From the NCBI GenBank assembly GCA_965234725.1, contig CBDDUX010000085.1, forward strand, positions 1 through 16,083: DNA of 16,083 nucleotides, read 5' to 3'. The position numbers were made by a program, and so were the translations under genes. Numbering within the stretch: the first letter of the stretch is position 1; the number at the start of each line of letters is the position of its first letter. Origin of the DNA: Thermoplasmatota archaeon (GTDB lineage: Archaea; Thermoplasmatota; Penumbrarchaeia; Penumbrarchaeales; Penumbrarchaeaceae). Below the pieces are notes generated by a model. That model ran no database searches. It saw nothing but the letters and a program-made list of their open reading frames with translations, and was not told where the DNA came from. This document shows, piece by piece, positions 8,891 to 16,083 of this stretch.

Positions 8891-8911
8891 GTTTCTGGGA
8901 CTGGGTTTGAA
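8891..8911 (-). repeat. att-like tRNA 3'-end fragment, copy 2
   Basis: GTTTCTGGGACTGGGTTTGAA, 19/21 identical to copy 1. Confidence 0.6.
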
Positions 8912-9037
8912 AAGACCCTTAAACTTCCAGAAAATCAGAGATTTTCCTTACCTTTGAGGTAGTGACCTCCAAGATGTCAAAAAAGATACTCAAAATGAAT
9001 GAACCTCTTCTGGATGCCTTCAAGATAGATGATCAGA
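8912..9037. repeat. Conserved cassette left end, type A, copy 2
   Basis: Homologous to 6297-6419, with both hairpins retained. Confidence 0.85.
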
Positions 9038-9140
9038 TCAAACTACTAAATCATATACGATCTCAGATGTTATTTGGGTGATTCCCATGAGAATGGAACA
9101 GGTCCAATCAGGAAGTCCTCCCGAAAAGGACAGGAAATAA

Positions 9141-11360
9141 TCAATCAACAGTGAGAGTATACGGTACGGAGAAACTCCCGTCAATGGTCTGAAATTCAAT
9201 ATATCCAGTCACCGATTCTGGATCCATGGATCCGGAAAATCCCGTGAACATCTCGCCACCTTTTTGCTTCACAGAGAACCTCGATGTTGTCCCCGATACG
9301 GACTGATCGATGTTTATCGGTCCATCCGATGGTATACAAGCGATATGCGGACATCCACCAACCCCTGTGGCCGACCATTCTCCGGAGAACTGAAGCATTC
9401 CGGCCATCTTCCCGTCCTCCTGCACTTCTGCAAAAAAGGTGCCGGTCATGACAACATAATATTCGAACGTGCTCGCAACTACACCGCACAGCGGGCAATT
9501 GGTCGTCCGTGTGAACGTAGCCGAGCCATCAAACGTTCCCGAATAGGCTATCCGGCCGGGCAGGACCTGAGGGATAGCGTCCTCAAACGGAATGCTCGAC
9601 CCGTCCTTTAAAATGCACAGTTTCTTGACGGGTGCGCCAGGCTCACCCTTGAAAAGTGTCCTCAGCTCATCTGATGTGCTGGACATCTTGTTGTCAGTGA
9701 GCACCACTCCTCCCCTAGGTTCTCCGGCTCTGAATCTTTTGGCCTCCTCCAGTCCTTCATCGAACTTCTTGAGAAGGCCAAGCTGGTCCTTGAACAGCGC
9801 TATCACCGGAACTCCCATTTTGTCGTCGGAGACGGTTTCCAACGCAGTCTGCAATGTTCCCGAGGGAGTCGGGATCTCACCGGTCGCCAGTTGGGTGAGC
9901 CATGATGTTCCCACCGCGATTGCCACTTGAGCCGCGAGCCCTATCGCAAGCGGAGCCCCGCCGACGATACCTGTTACCATATTGAATAGACCGTAGCAGA
10001 ACTTACCTGCCGCAGGGACCAACTCACTGCCGATCTCGTACTGCTTCATCGGTATCTCCCTGAACTGTCTATAATCCTCCCTCCAGGATTCCGGCAGCTC
10101 ATCACCAGAGACCGGGTCAGACCTCGTGAATGATCCCGCACGGGTTTCGTTCGAGGGGAATACATTGACGATACGATGCACGGTGTTCAGGAGCAATCTA
10201 TCCATTTCTATTATGCCCTCAGTATCCATCAGGGTCGTTTCGTAGTCGATCGTATTCAGGGCGATCGACCCCCGATCTCCCGCAATCAACTCATCCAACT
10301 GGAGCATCAACTCTGCGAGCGATGTACGATGGTCCCACAAACGGGAGATTAAGTCTGGGTCCGTAGCATTAGTGAGGATCTCATCCAAGCTGTCCAGGCA
10401 GGCAGAGATGAATAGATGTGTGTATACTCCGGTTCTGATCGTATCACCCATCTCCAGCATGGGCCTGATCTCCAGACCCTCCAGGACGTTGGAGGTCATG
10501 ACCCGGTCCTTTGAAACCTGTACGACCTTCACATCGGTCCTTCCGCTCAGGAACCGGTCCGAACCGTTCAGGAAAGGCGGAACCACGACCTCAACCCTTT
10601 TCTCATCCGCATATGTCGCGGGGATCAATACGGTAATGCCACCATCTTGCCCCGTGAAGGCCACAGATATCGCGGAGCCTTCGGGATCGAAGCCCGAGCC
10701 CGTAATATTTAACAAGGTCATTGGATCCACACTTGAAGCTCCCATAGAATCGATGTGGATGAATCGGACCTTCTCTTCATGATCGACCGCGTAGAATACA
10801 ATTACACCTGTGAAAATCGTAAGGAGGAGAAGAACGACTAAAATAATGGTGACCGTTCCCATACAAATTATAGGTCCCTTGAAACTCGTCTCCTTACAGG
10901 CTGAAGAATGTGAGTTCCTTGAAGGACCTTTGTCGGGGCTTGTTTGTTTTTTAGTGACATGTGGTCTGACCTTGGGGCTATTTTTTTCTTCGACTGTACC
11001 AGAGGTCTTTTTCTTTGATCGTCTTGATATTACTACTACCAAGATGATAATGAGTAGGATCAGTAACGCTCCACCTGTCATGCATGAACCACAAATGAGG
11101 ATCCTTACCAGGATTGAGATAAGGGTCAGATCCTTCCCCGAAAGCTGATTTGTCGAATTTGAAGGATCGATCCAAGTGTTATTTTCTTCGTCATTTTCGG
11201 AGGGTCCGATTGTGTTGTTGGCAGATAGGATCTCCCTGGAAGGATTGATGATCGTGGATCCGCCCTCTAACGTGTCGTTGCCCATGATTGGGAGGACAGC
11301 GATCAGTGTGACGGTAATCATGGCTAAAGAAAAAATCAGAATGAAATATCGTTTCAGCAT
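9141..11360 (-). CDS. Membrane-anchored protein with an IPT/TIG-like domain
   Basis: 739-aa ORF with an N-terminal signal and two further hydrophobic helices. LLNITGSGFDP...VAF...RVEVVVPP is IPT/TIG-like. The C-terminus is beta-rich with four Cys. Confidence 0.75.
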   Translation of the reverse strand: MLKRYFILIFSLAMITVTLIAVLPIMGNDTLEGGSTIINPSREILSANNTIGPSENDEENNTWIDPSNSTNQLSGKDLTLISILVRILICGSCMTGGALLILLIIILVVVISRRSKKKTSGTVEEKNSPKVRPHVTKKQTSPDKGPSRNSHSSACKETSFKGPIICMGTVTIILVVLLLLTIFTGVIVFYAVDHEEKVRFIHIDSMGASSVDPMTLLNITGSGFDPEGSAISVAFTGQDGGITVLIPATYADEKRVEVVVPPFLNGSDRFLSGRTDVKVVQVSKDRVMTSNVLEGLEIRPMLEMGDTIRTGVYTHLFISACLDSLDEILTNATDPDLISRLWDHRTSLAELMLQLDELIAGDRGSIALNTIDYETTLMDTEGIIEMDRLLLNTVHRIVNVFPSNETRAGSFTRSDPVSGDELPESWREDYRQFREIPMKQYEIGSELVPAAGKFCYGLFNMVTGIVGGAPLAIGLAAQVAIAVGTSWLTQLATGEIPTPSGTLQTALETVSDDKMGVPVIALFKDQLGLLKKFDEGLEEAKRFRAGEPRGGVVLTDNKMSSTSDELRTLFKGEPGAPVKKLCILKDGSSIPFEDAIPQVLPGRIAYSGTFDGSATFTRTTNCPLCGVVASTFEYYVVMTGTFFAEVQEDGKMAGMLQFSGEWSATGVGGCPHIACIPSDGPINIDQSVSGTTSRFSVKQKGGEMFTGFSGSMDPESVTGYIEFQTIDGSFSVPYTLTVD

Positions 11361-11623
11361 GGAGAGACCATCTTATGGACGCCTGTTGATTTAGATTTAT
11401 GGAGTTGTCTTGTTATTAATGGCTTCTTCTTCCGTTATAAAAAAAATAAAAATGGAACGGGATCTGGATATTCTCCCTGATCGATATTGGGAATATCTCT
11501 ATTGAGTTCCAGTTCCGAATAAATACGTAAAATGATTGACAACCAACGAGTTATAATACTAATTAATGTAAAGGTGCAAGAACTCTTAGGATCAAAATAA
11601 AGTGAAGGGTTCTAACTCTCAAA

Positions 11624-11691
11624 TGTCGGGGACGGAATCTTTGCCAACATTGGAAAATATATACAATAATTTTAAGATAATGGTAAAATAA
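11624..11691. repeat. Conserved cassette right end, copy 2
   Basis: Aligns with 8821-8890 and begins with an internal partial att motif, TGTCGGGGACGG. Confidence 0.8.
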
Positions 11692-11707
11692 GTGTCGGGG
11701 ACGGGGT
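11690..11707 (-). repeat. att-like tRNA 3'-end fragment, copy 3
   Basis: AAGTGTCGGGGACGGGGT, an exact 18-bp direct repeat of 11966-11983. Confidence 0.75.
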
Positions 11708-11965
11708 CCTCTTCCTCATCAATTACAATTTGATTCCGCAAAACCTTCGGTTTTGCTCAGGTTGAGCATTTTTGATCGTCGATTCCAAGACACCAGATGC
11801 TCAACCACCTGGACCGATTACATATTAATTATTGGGGTTCAATCTATGAAAAATCAAAGATTTTTCAGACCTCCTCGCCCCTTATAAATTCCAAATTAAT
11901 CTTCCACTCGGAGGACCCCTAAGTCACCGAAAACTACTATCTACCATTGCTTAACAATGGTAGTA
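11703..11965. other. Gene-less, highly structured mini-unit between two att-like repeats
   Basis: Closing IR GGGGTCCTC (11703-11711)/GAGGACCCC (11911-11919). Hairpins at 11738-11756, 11760-11806, 11847-11867 and 11941-11963. Confidence 0.6.
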
Positions 11966-11985
11966 AAGTGTCGGGGACGGGGTTT
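11966..11985 (-). repeat. att-like tRNA 3'-end fragment, copy 4
   Basis: AAGTGTCGGGGACGGGGTTT; the minus strand reads AAAC-CCCGT-CCCCGAC-A-C. Confidence 0.75.
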
Positions 11986-12130
11986 ATCTAGTTAAGTCAA
12001 ATGATCTGGAAAATGCTCCGAAAAACCCCTTTTCGAGAAAAGATTTCCGAGCGGATGACGGATGGAAGCGAACGGACCGAGATATAAAGAAGCCCCTTTC
12101 AATGCGTCGGGAGGGGCCTCGCTCTTTTAA
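11978..12130. repeat. Conserved cassette left end, type B, copy 1
   Basis: Homologous to 15720-15875, with an identical 27-bp block (12021-12047 = 15762-15788) and a GC-rich hairpin at 12089-12120. Confidence 0.9.
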
Positions 12131-12146
12131 TTTCCTTTAAAAAGAT

Positions 12147-12698
12147 TTATTCCTTATACTTCAATATCTCCTTCTTCAATCTCAGGAAAGTTTCCTTATC
12201 GATATGTTCTTCAGAAAGATCCTTAACAAGAAGTAAAAGCATCTCATCAATTATTAAATCACGATTAATGATTCTATAGCAGATCTCATCACCATTTCTT
12301 TTCTCAATAATTATCTTTTTTCGGAGAAATTGATCAATGGTATAGGAAATTTTTCTTTTATTTTCCGAAGTTAAATTCAGAAGTTCGCCTCTTGTGATAT
12401 TCGGTCTTGTTTCTATCAGCTTCAATATCCTTTTCTGATATTGTTTGAGTGAAGATTGATAGGTTTCATAACCGTTATTTTCACCGATGAACAAGGATGC
12501 AAAATAACAATTTTTTCCATTCTTAAGACATGATCTGATATTATCTTCTTTGATCAGGAAATTCAAATGGTATCTCAATGTTCCTTTGTTAAGGTTGAGC
12601 ACATTCTTTATCCTCCCAAAGGTGGCTCCAGGATTATCCCTGATATAATTGAAGACCAGTTCCCTGTTCCTGTTATCAGGTGAAGATTGATTTTTCAT
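12147..12698 (-). CDS. Tandem winged helix-turn-helix transcriptional regulator (COG3398-like)
   Basis: NRELVFNYIRDNPGATF...LNKGTLRYHLNFL, then a second wHTH, QKRILKLIETRPNITRGEL...ISYTIDQF. Probable start MKNQ at 12698 with RBS-like AGGTGG; the ATG at 12734 is an alternative. Confidence 0.88.
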   Translation of the reverse strand: MKNQSSPDNRNRELVFNYIRDNPGATFGRIKNVLNLNKGTLRYHLNFLIKEDNIRSCLKNGKNCYFASLFIGENNGYETYQSSLKQYQKRILKLIETRPNITRGELLNLTSENKRKISYTIDQFLRKKIIIEKRNGDEICYRIINRDLIIDEMLLLLVKDLSEEHIDKETFLRLKKEILKYKE

Positions 12699-12730
12699 AA
12701 GGTTAAAACCACCTTCGCTGAATTCTCTCC

Positions 12731-15451
12731 TCATTCTTCAGAGCCGTCAAGTACACTGAGTGCCGAAAGAAAAATCCTTCGGTCAATAATTCCATTTTCG
12801 TATTTTTTTCTTAGATTCCGTCTCAATTTTCGTTTGGCATTTTTCTCCATATCAAGTTCTTTGAACGAAAGGGCTCTGTTTTCAAGAACTCTGAGATACT
12901 TCTCATCTTTGAAATTCATATCTTCCAGGATCTCTGGATCACAGTCTAACTCACTAATAGAGGTCATATGGACATTCCTATATCTCATCCTACCGGTGCC
13001 TTCAAGTTCGAGAAGACCAAATTTTACTTCAATCTCATTGTTAGGATAGCTTGGAGGTCCATCGGGAGATCGAATATTAATGGCTCCAGGCGTACCCATA
13101 TGATCCTCTATTGTATTATCGGAAATTCGTCCCCTTATCTTTCTCTTAAAGATTACAAAAGAAATGACAATTGATACCACCAGGACAATAATGAGAATAA
13201 TAAATATCAAGATCCCGAGATTGAGATCATGATCCGGATCTACTCCTGCATCGGTTTCTTTTACCATGACCTGTCTCGATATATTGATCCATTCGCCCTT
13301 TGCATCTGTTATCCTTAAAGTGAGGTTGTATTCACCTGCTGATAGGTTCAACAGGATCGAGAGACCATATCCCGCGATCTGATTTTCATCAAGGAACCAT
13401 GTGAAATTCAGATCCTCAAGATCAAGATCATTTAACAAACTAGTGTTCAAGGAAAAGGTCTGATTCCTGCCTTCAAATATTTCTTCATCACCAAGATCGA
13501 TGCCAATATCCAGGTCTTCGATATCCTCGACCATAATCCCTTTGATCACTTCAAATTGGAGAATGGCAGAATCAGTACCTCCATTTCCATCTTGTACAGA
13601 TATGTTTACCCAATAGGTTCCAACTTGTGATATGGTTGGAGTACCAGAAAGTAACCCGGTCGAATTATCTATCACGAGAAAACTGCAGTTGGTAGTGAGA
13701 GACCACACTAAAGTGTTATTTGTGGGATCGATGTCATGAGCCATGACAAGGAACAAATATGCATTCAATGCTTTAGCATCTGGAAGAATACTTGTGGTTA
13801 TCCTTGGAGGATCATTAACATTCCAGACTATCAATGTATAATTTAGATAGCGAAGAGCTTCCCCGCTGGCAACCGAGACATTGACAAAGTAACTTCCCAC
13901 ATCATCATTTACTGGAATTCCATTGATAACTCCAGTTGCTTGATCTATCTGGAGGAATGAAGCATTCGTTGTGAGGGACCACGTAATGGCTTCATCCCAA
14001 CTGGCATCGAAATCCATGAAATAGTGACTGTCCTCAAAACAGTAGTTCATATCCGATGACTCGTTGTATATAATTCTCAAAGGAGCAGGATCTCCCGGTA
14101 ACACGGTTATTGTGAAATTAATGAATAATTGTGATTTCTCGTCTTCAACTGTAATGTTCACCCACCAATCTCCAACATCCGATGGTTTTGGATTCCCACA
14201 GAGGTCATAAAATGGAGGGTTTAAAAGTTGAAGCCATGTTGAATTGGTACTGAAGGTCCATTCAAGATCGTCCAAAGGTGTATCGGCGTCTATAAATTGA
14301 TTACCATAACTATCAAAGATTGTGCCCCCTACATTCACTTCTTCTCGTTTCACACCCCTGAACACAGGTGGATAGTTTGTAGTATGGGGTGATACAAGAG
14401 GATATCTATCTTTTGAATTACCACATTCATATGGTATATCAAATGTACCATTTGGCAGAGCATTTGCAGAAGAATATCTTTTTGCATAATCATTCCAATA
14501 ATTACCCAATTCGATCAGACCCCAATAACCCCAATAATTTATCGAACCCGCTTCCGCTTGAACTCCCCCGTCATTATTGGAATAGAAATTGTTGCCGATA
14601 ATCCGATTCCCGTCACTTGAGACTATTCTGATTCCAAGTCCATTGCAATCCTTAATATTGTTTCTCATAATATTATTTCTATCGGATCCATTACTGATCG
14701 ATATTCCAATACCTTTGCTCCCTTCAATCGTAGAATTCACTATCTTATTCTTGATCGAATTATTGATTTCTATGGAGTTTTGCCCGGAGTAAATAATTGA
14801 ATTTCTAATTGAGTTTAGGCTCCCATCAATAATCCTTATCCCAGATGTATTCCCGGTGATAATACTAGTATCAATTGTAATATTCTTTGATTGCTGGATA
14901 TTGATTCCAAATCTGTATGCGCTTATATCACACTTTTCGATGGTTACTCCATCACCATTTCGAAGATCGATCCCGGCAAGGCTGTGGTTCTTGATTTTGC
15001 ATTCTTTAATCTCGGTTCCTGGTTCTGAATTATTGTTAAAATGGATCCCTGACCAATTGTAAGATAAAGGGTCATCCATCTGAGAAGCTATTCCTGAGAT
15101 GTTTAAACGTTCGATCGAACAATATGAGGTGTTGATGGAGATTACATGACCTTTACCGTTTCCTTTGATAATTGGAAGATCTGGAATTGCTCCAACAAGT
15201 TTCACATCCTTATCGATTACAATATTTTCATTGTAGACACCAGGTGACACGAATATCGTTTGGTTCTCCCCTATGGTCGAATTATCGATCGCCTCCTGAA
15301 TAGTTGAAAAATCTAAATCAACCCCCACATAGAAAGTGGACGATCTAGACACCTTTCCTTCCGATCCCGATGATGGAAGATGCATCACAGGGAAAATCGA
15401 CATAATAACAATAAGGATGAGGGCCATTATCGATCGAATTTTGATATTCAT
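12731..15451 (-). CDS. Cell-surface protein: NosD/CASH-type parallel beta-helix, cadherin/putative-Ig repeats, PKD-like domain, C-terminal TM helix
   Basis: Signal peptide, FSTIQEAID...IFVSPGVYNENIVIDK, GI-x-I...N-x-I-xx-N repeats and GNYWNDY. Three Ig-like repeats ending G-x-P...VG-x-Y/W-x-VN. TM helix before a basic cytoplasmic tail. RBS-like GGAGTGA. Confidence 0.9.
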   Translation of the reverse strand: MNIKIRSIMALILIVIMSIFPVMHLPSSGSEGKVSRSSTFYVGVDLDFSTIQEAIDNSTIGENQTIFVSPGVYNENIVIDKDVKLVGAIPDLPIIKGNGKGHVISINTSYCSIERLNISGIASQMDDPLSYNWSGIHFNNNSEPGTEIKECKIKNHSLAGIDLRNGDGVTIEKCDISAYRFGINIQQSKNITIDTSIITGNTSGIRIIDGSLNSIRNSIIYSGQNSIEINNSIKNKIVNSTIEGSKGIGISISNGSDRNNIMRNNIKDCNGLGIRIVSSDGNRIIGNNFYSNNDGGVQAEAGSINYWGYWGLIELGNYWNDYAKRYSSANALPNGTFDIPYECGNSKDRYPLVSPHTTNYPPVFRGVKREEVNVGGTIFDSYGNQFIDADTPLDDLEWTFSTNSTWLQLLNPPFYDLCGNPKPSDVGDWWVNITVEDEKSQLFINFTITVLPGDPAPLRIIYNESSDMNYCFEDSHYFMDFDASWDEAITWSLTTNASFLQIDQATGVINGIPVNDDVGSYFVNVSVASGEALRYLNYTLIVWNVNDPPRITTSILPDAKALNAYLFLVMAHDIDPTNNTLVWSLTTNCSFLVIDNSTGLLSGTPTISQVGTYWVNISVQDGNGGTDSAILQFEVIKGIMVEDIEDLDIGIDLGDEEIFEGRNQTFSLNTSLLNDLDLEDLNFTWFLDENQIAGYGLSILLNLSAGEYNLTLRITDAKGEWINISRQVMVKETDAGVDPDHDLNLGILIFIILIIVLVVSIVISFVIFKRKIRGRISDNTIEDHMGTPGAINIRSPDGPPSYPNNEIEVKFGLLELEGTGRMRYRNVHMTSISELDCDPEILEDMNFKDEKYLRVLENRALSFKELDMEKNAKRKLRRNLRKKYENGIIDRRIFLSALSVLDGSEE

Positions 15452-15665
15452 ACAGAATCACTCCATATTTGTTTTCAAAGAAAGGATATAAGAACAGTAT
15501 TTAGATAAGTTATCAACCAGGTTTTTTGTATATCTGGCCTAGATGGTTTATATTAAATTTGTGTGAAATTGATCGTTCTTTTTCAAGTGATTTATATTCT
15601 GAAAAAAACCTGTAACTGGTACGAATTGAGATTTGGACATTTGATTCTCTCGTGTTCAAACACTG

Positions 15666-15700
15666 TGGTGTCGTATAACTATGTCATGGTGTCGTAAAAC
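15666..15700. repeat. Tandem 14-bp direct repeat TGGTGTCGTAwAAC with a 21-bp period
   Basis: 15666-15679 and 15687-15700 differ at one position. Confidence 0.75.
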
Positions 15701-15719
15701 AACCCCAAATTTTGTAGAT

Positions 15720-15875
15720 CGGGGTTTAATGAAAAAAGCTAAAAAACAAGAAAAAGGTCTAAAAAACCCCTTTTCGAGAAAAGATTTCTAAGCGGATGAT
15801 GGAAAGAAGAGATTCGGACCAAGAAGAAAAAGAAGCCCCTTCCAAACGTGTCGGGAGGGGTTTCGCCCATTTTTT
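15720..15875. repeat. Conserved cassette left end, type B, copy 2
   Basis: Homologous to 11978-12130. The hairpin at 15832-15864 is followed by a T-run. Confidence 0.9.
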
Positions 15876-16039
15876 TTCTTCCTGTTTTAAAAATGAAAGT
15901 AGGTTTTGGTTTCATTCCATTTTGCATTGTTAATTGAGCTTATGCAACTGGAAGACATCATTCGAAATCAAATTATTACATGCCTCACAATAAGAGTGAA
16001 AAAATGAAAAATTAATCTATAATCCGAAAAAACAAAAAA

Positions 16040-16073
16040 AGCATTCCTACGGAATGCTCGAGCCTAACGGCTC
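16040..16073. other. Double hairpin
   Basis: AGCATTCC-tac-GGAATGCT followed one base later by GAGCC-taac-GGCTC. Confidence 0.6.
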
Positions 16074-16083
16074 TTTAGATCAA

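Larger units (their letters stand above)
6276..8911. mobile_element. Putative non-autonomous cassette 1 (subtilisin cargo)
   Basis: Bounded by direct att-like repeats at 6276 and 8891. Both of its ends are homologous to the matching ends of the next segment. Confidence 0.55.
8891..11707. mobile_element. Putative non-autonomous cassette 2 (GC-rich membrane-protein cargo)
   Basis: Bounded by att-like repeats and has the same left and right ends as cassette 1. Its single cargo gene is visibly more GC-rich than the flanks. Confidence 0.55.
11968..15728. mobile_element. Putative cassette 4 (beta-helix surface protein plus wHTH)
   Basis: Starts at att-like copy 4 and ends where the type B left end recurs, at a residual CGGGGTTTA (15720-15728). 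Confidence 0.4.

Noticed and set aside
11703..11919. Classical IS with terminal inverted repeats
   Set aside because: No transposase, the IR is only 9 bp, and no target-site duplication directly flanks it. Kept only as a structured mini-unit.
6276..11985. Intact tRNA gene or CRISPR array
   Set aside because: Only ~20-nt 3'-end-like fragments are present, with no D or anticodon arms. Repeat spacing is 70 bp to kilobases, not regular 30-40 nt spacers, and there are no cas genes.
6708..15062. Short antisense or alternate-frame ORFs inside the large genes (e.g. 6708..7013, 9264..9611, 9592..9930, 10372..10782, 12687..13049, 14589..14792)
   Set aside because: Shadow ORFs of well-supported genes, with no recognisable motifs.
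15739..15927. 62-aa minus-strand ORF
   Set aside because: It overlaps the type B repeat, whose other copy differs by indels, and has low-complexity Phe/Lys composition.

Overview
This AT-rich window looks archaeal. The GGAG/GGTG-type ribosome-binding sites, TATA boxes, double winged-helix regulator and beta-helix/Ig surface protein suggest Thermoplasmatota, but that is inference only. Left part (1-6270): a 5'-truncated FAD-oxidoreductase remnant, two tandem paralogous membrane-anchored beta-propeller-like genes bracketed by three copies of a 52-67 bp repeat, and four small ORFs, three with Zn-ribbon Cys motifs. Right part (6276-16083): a string of segments separated by a recurring motif, GTGTCGGGGACGGGGTTT(GAA). 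Its reverse complement has the geometry of a tRNA 3' end (T-loop, T-stem, acceptor strand, discriminator). Neighbouring segments share conserved hairpin-rich ends but carry unrelated cargo: a subtilisin, an IPT/TIG membrane protein, a gene-less structured unit, and a beta-helix surface protein plus wHTH. No integrase and no intact tRNA are in the window. Best hypothesis: a tandem array of non-autonomous, tRNA-targeted gene cassettes.
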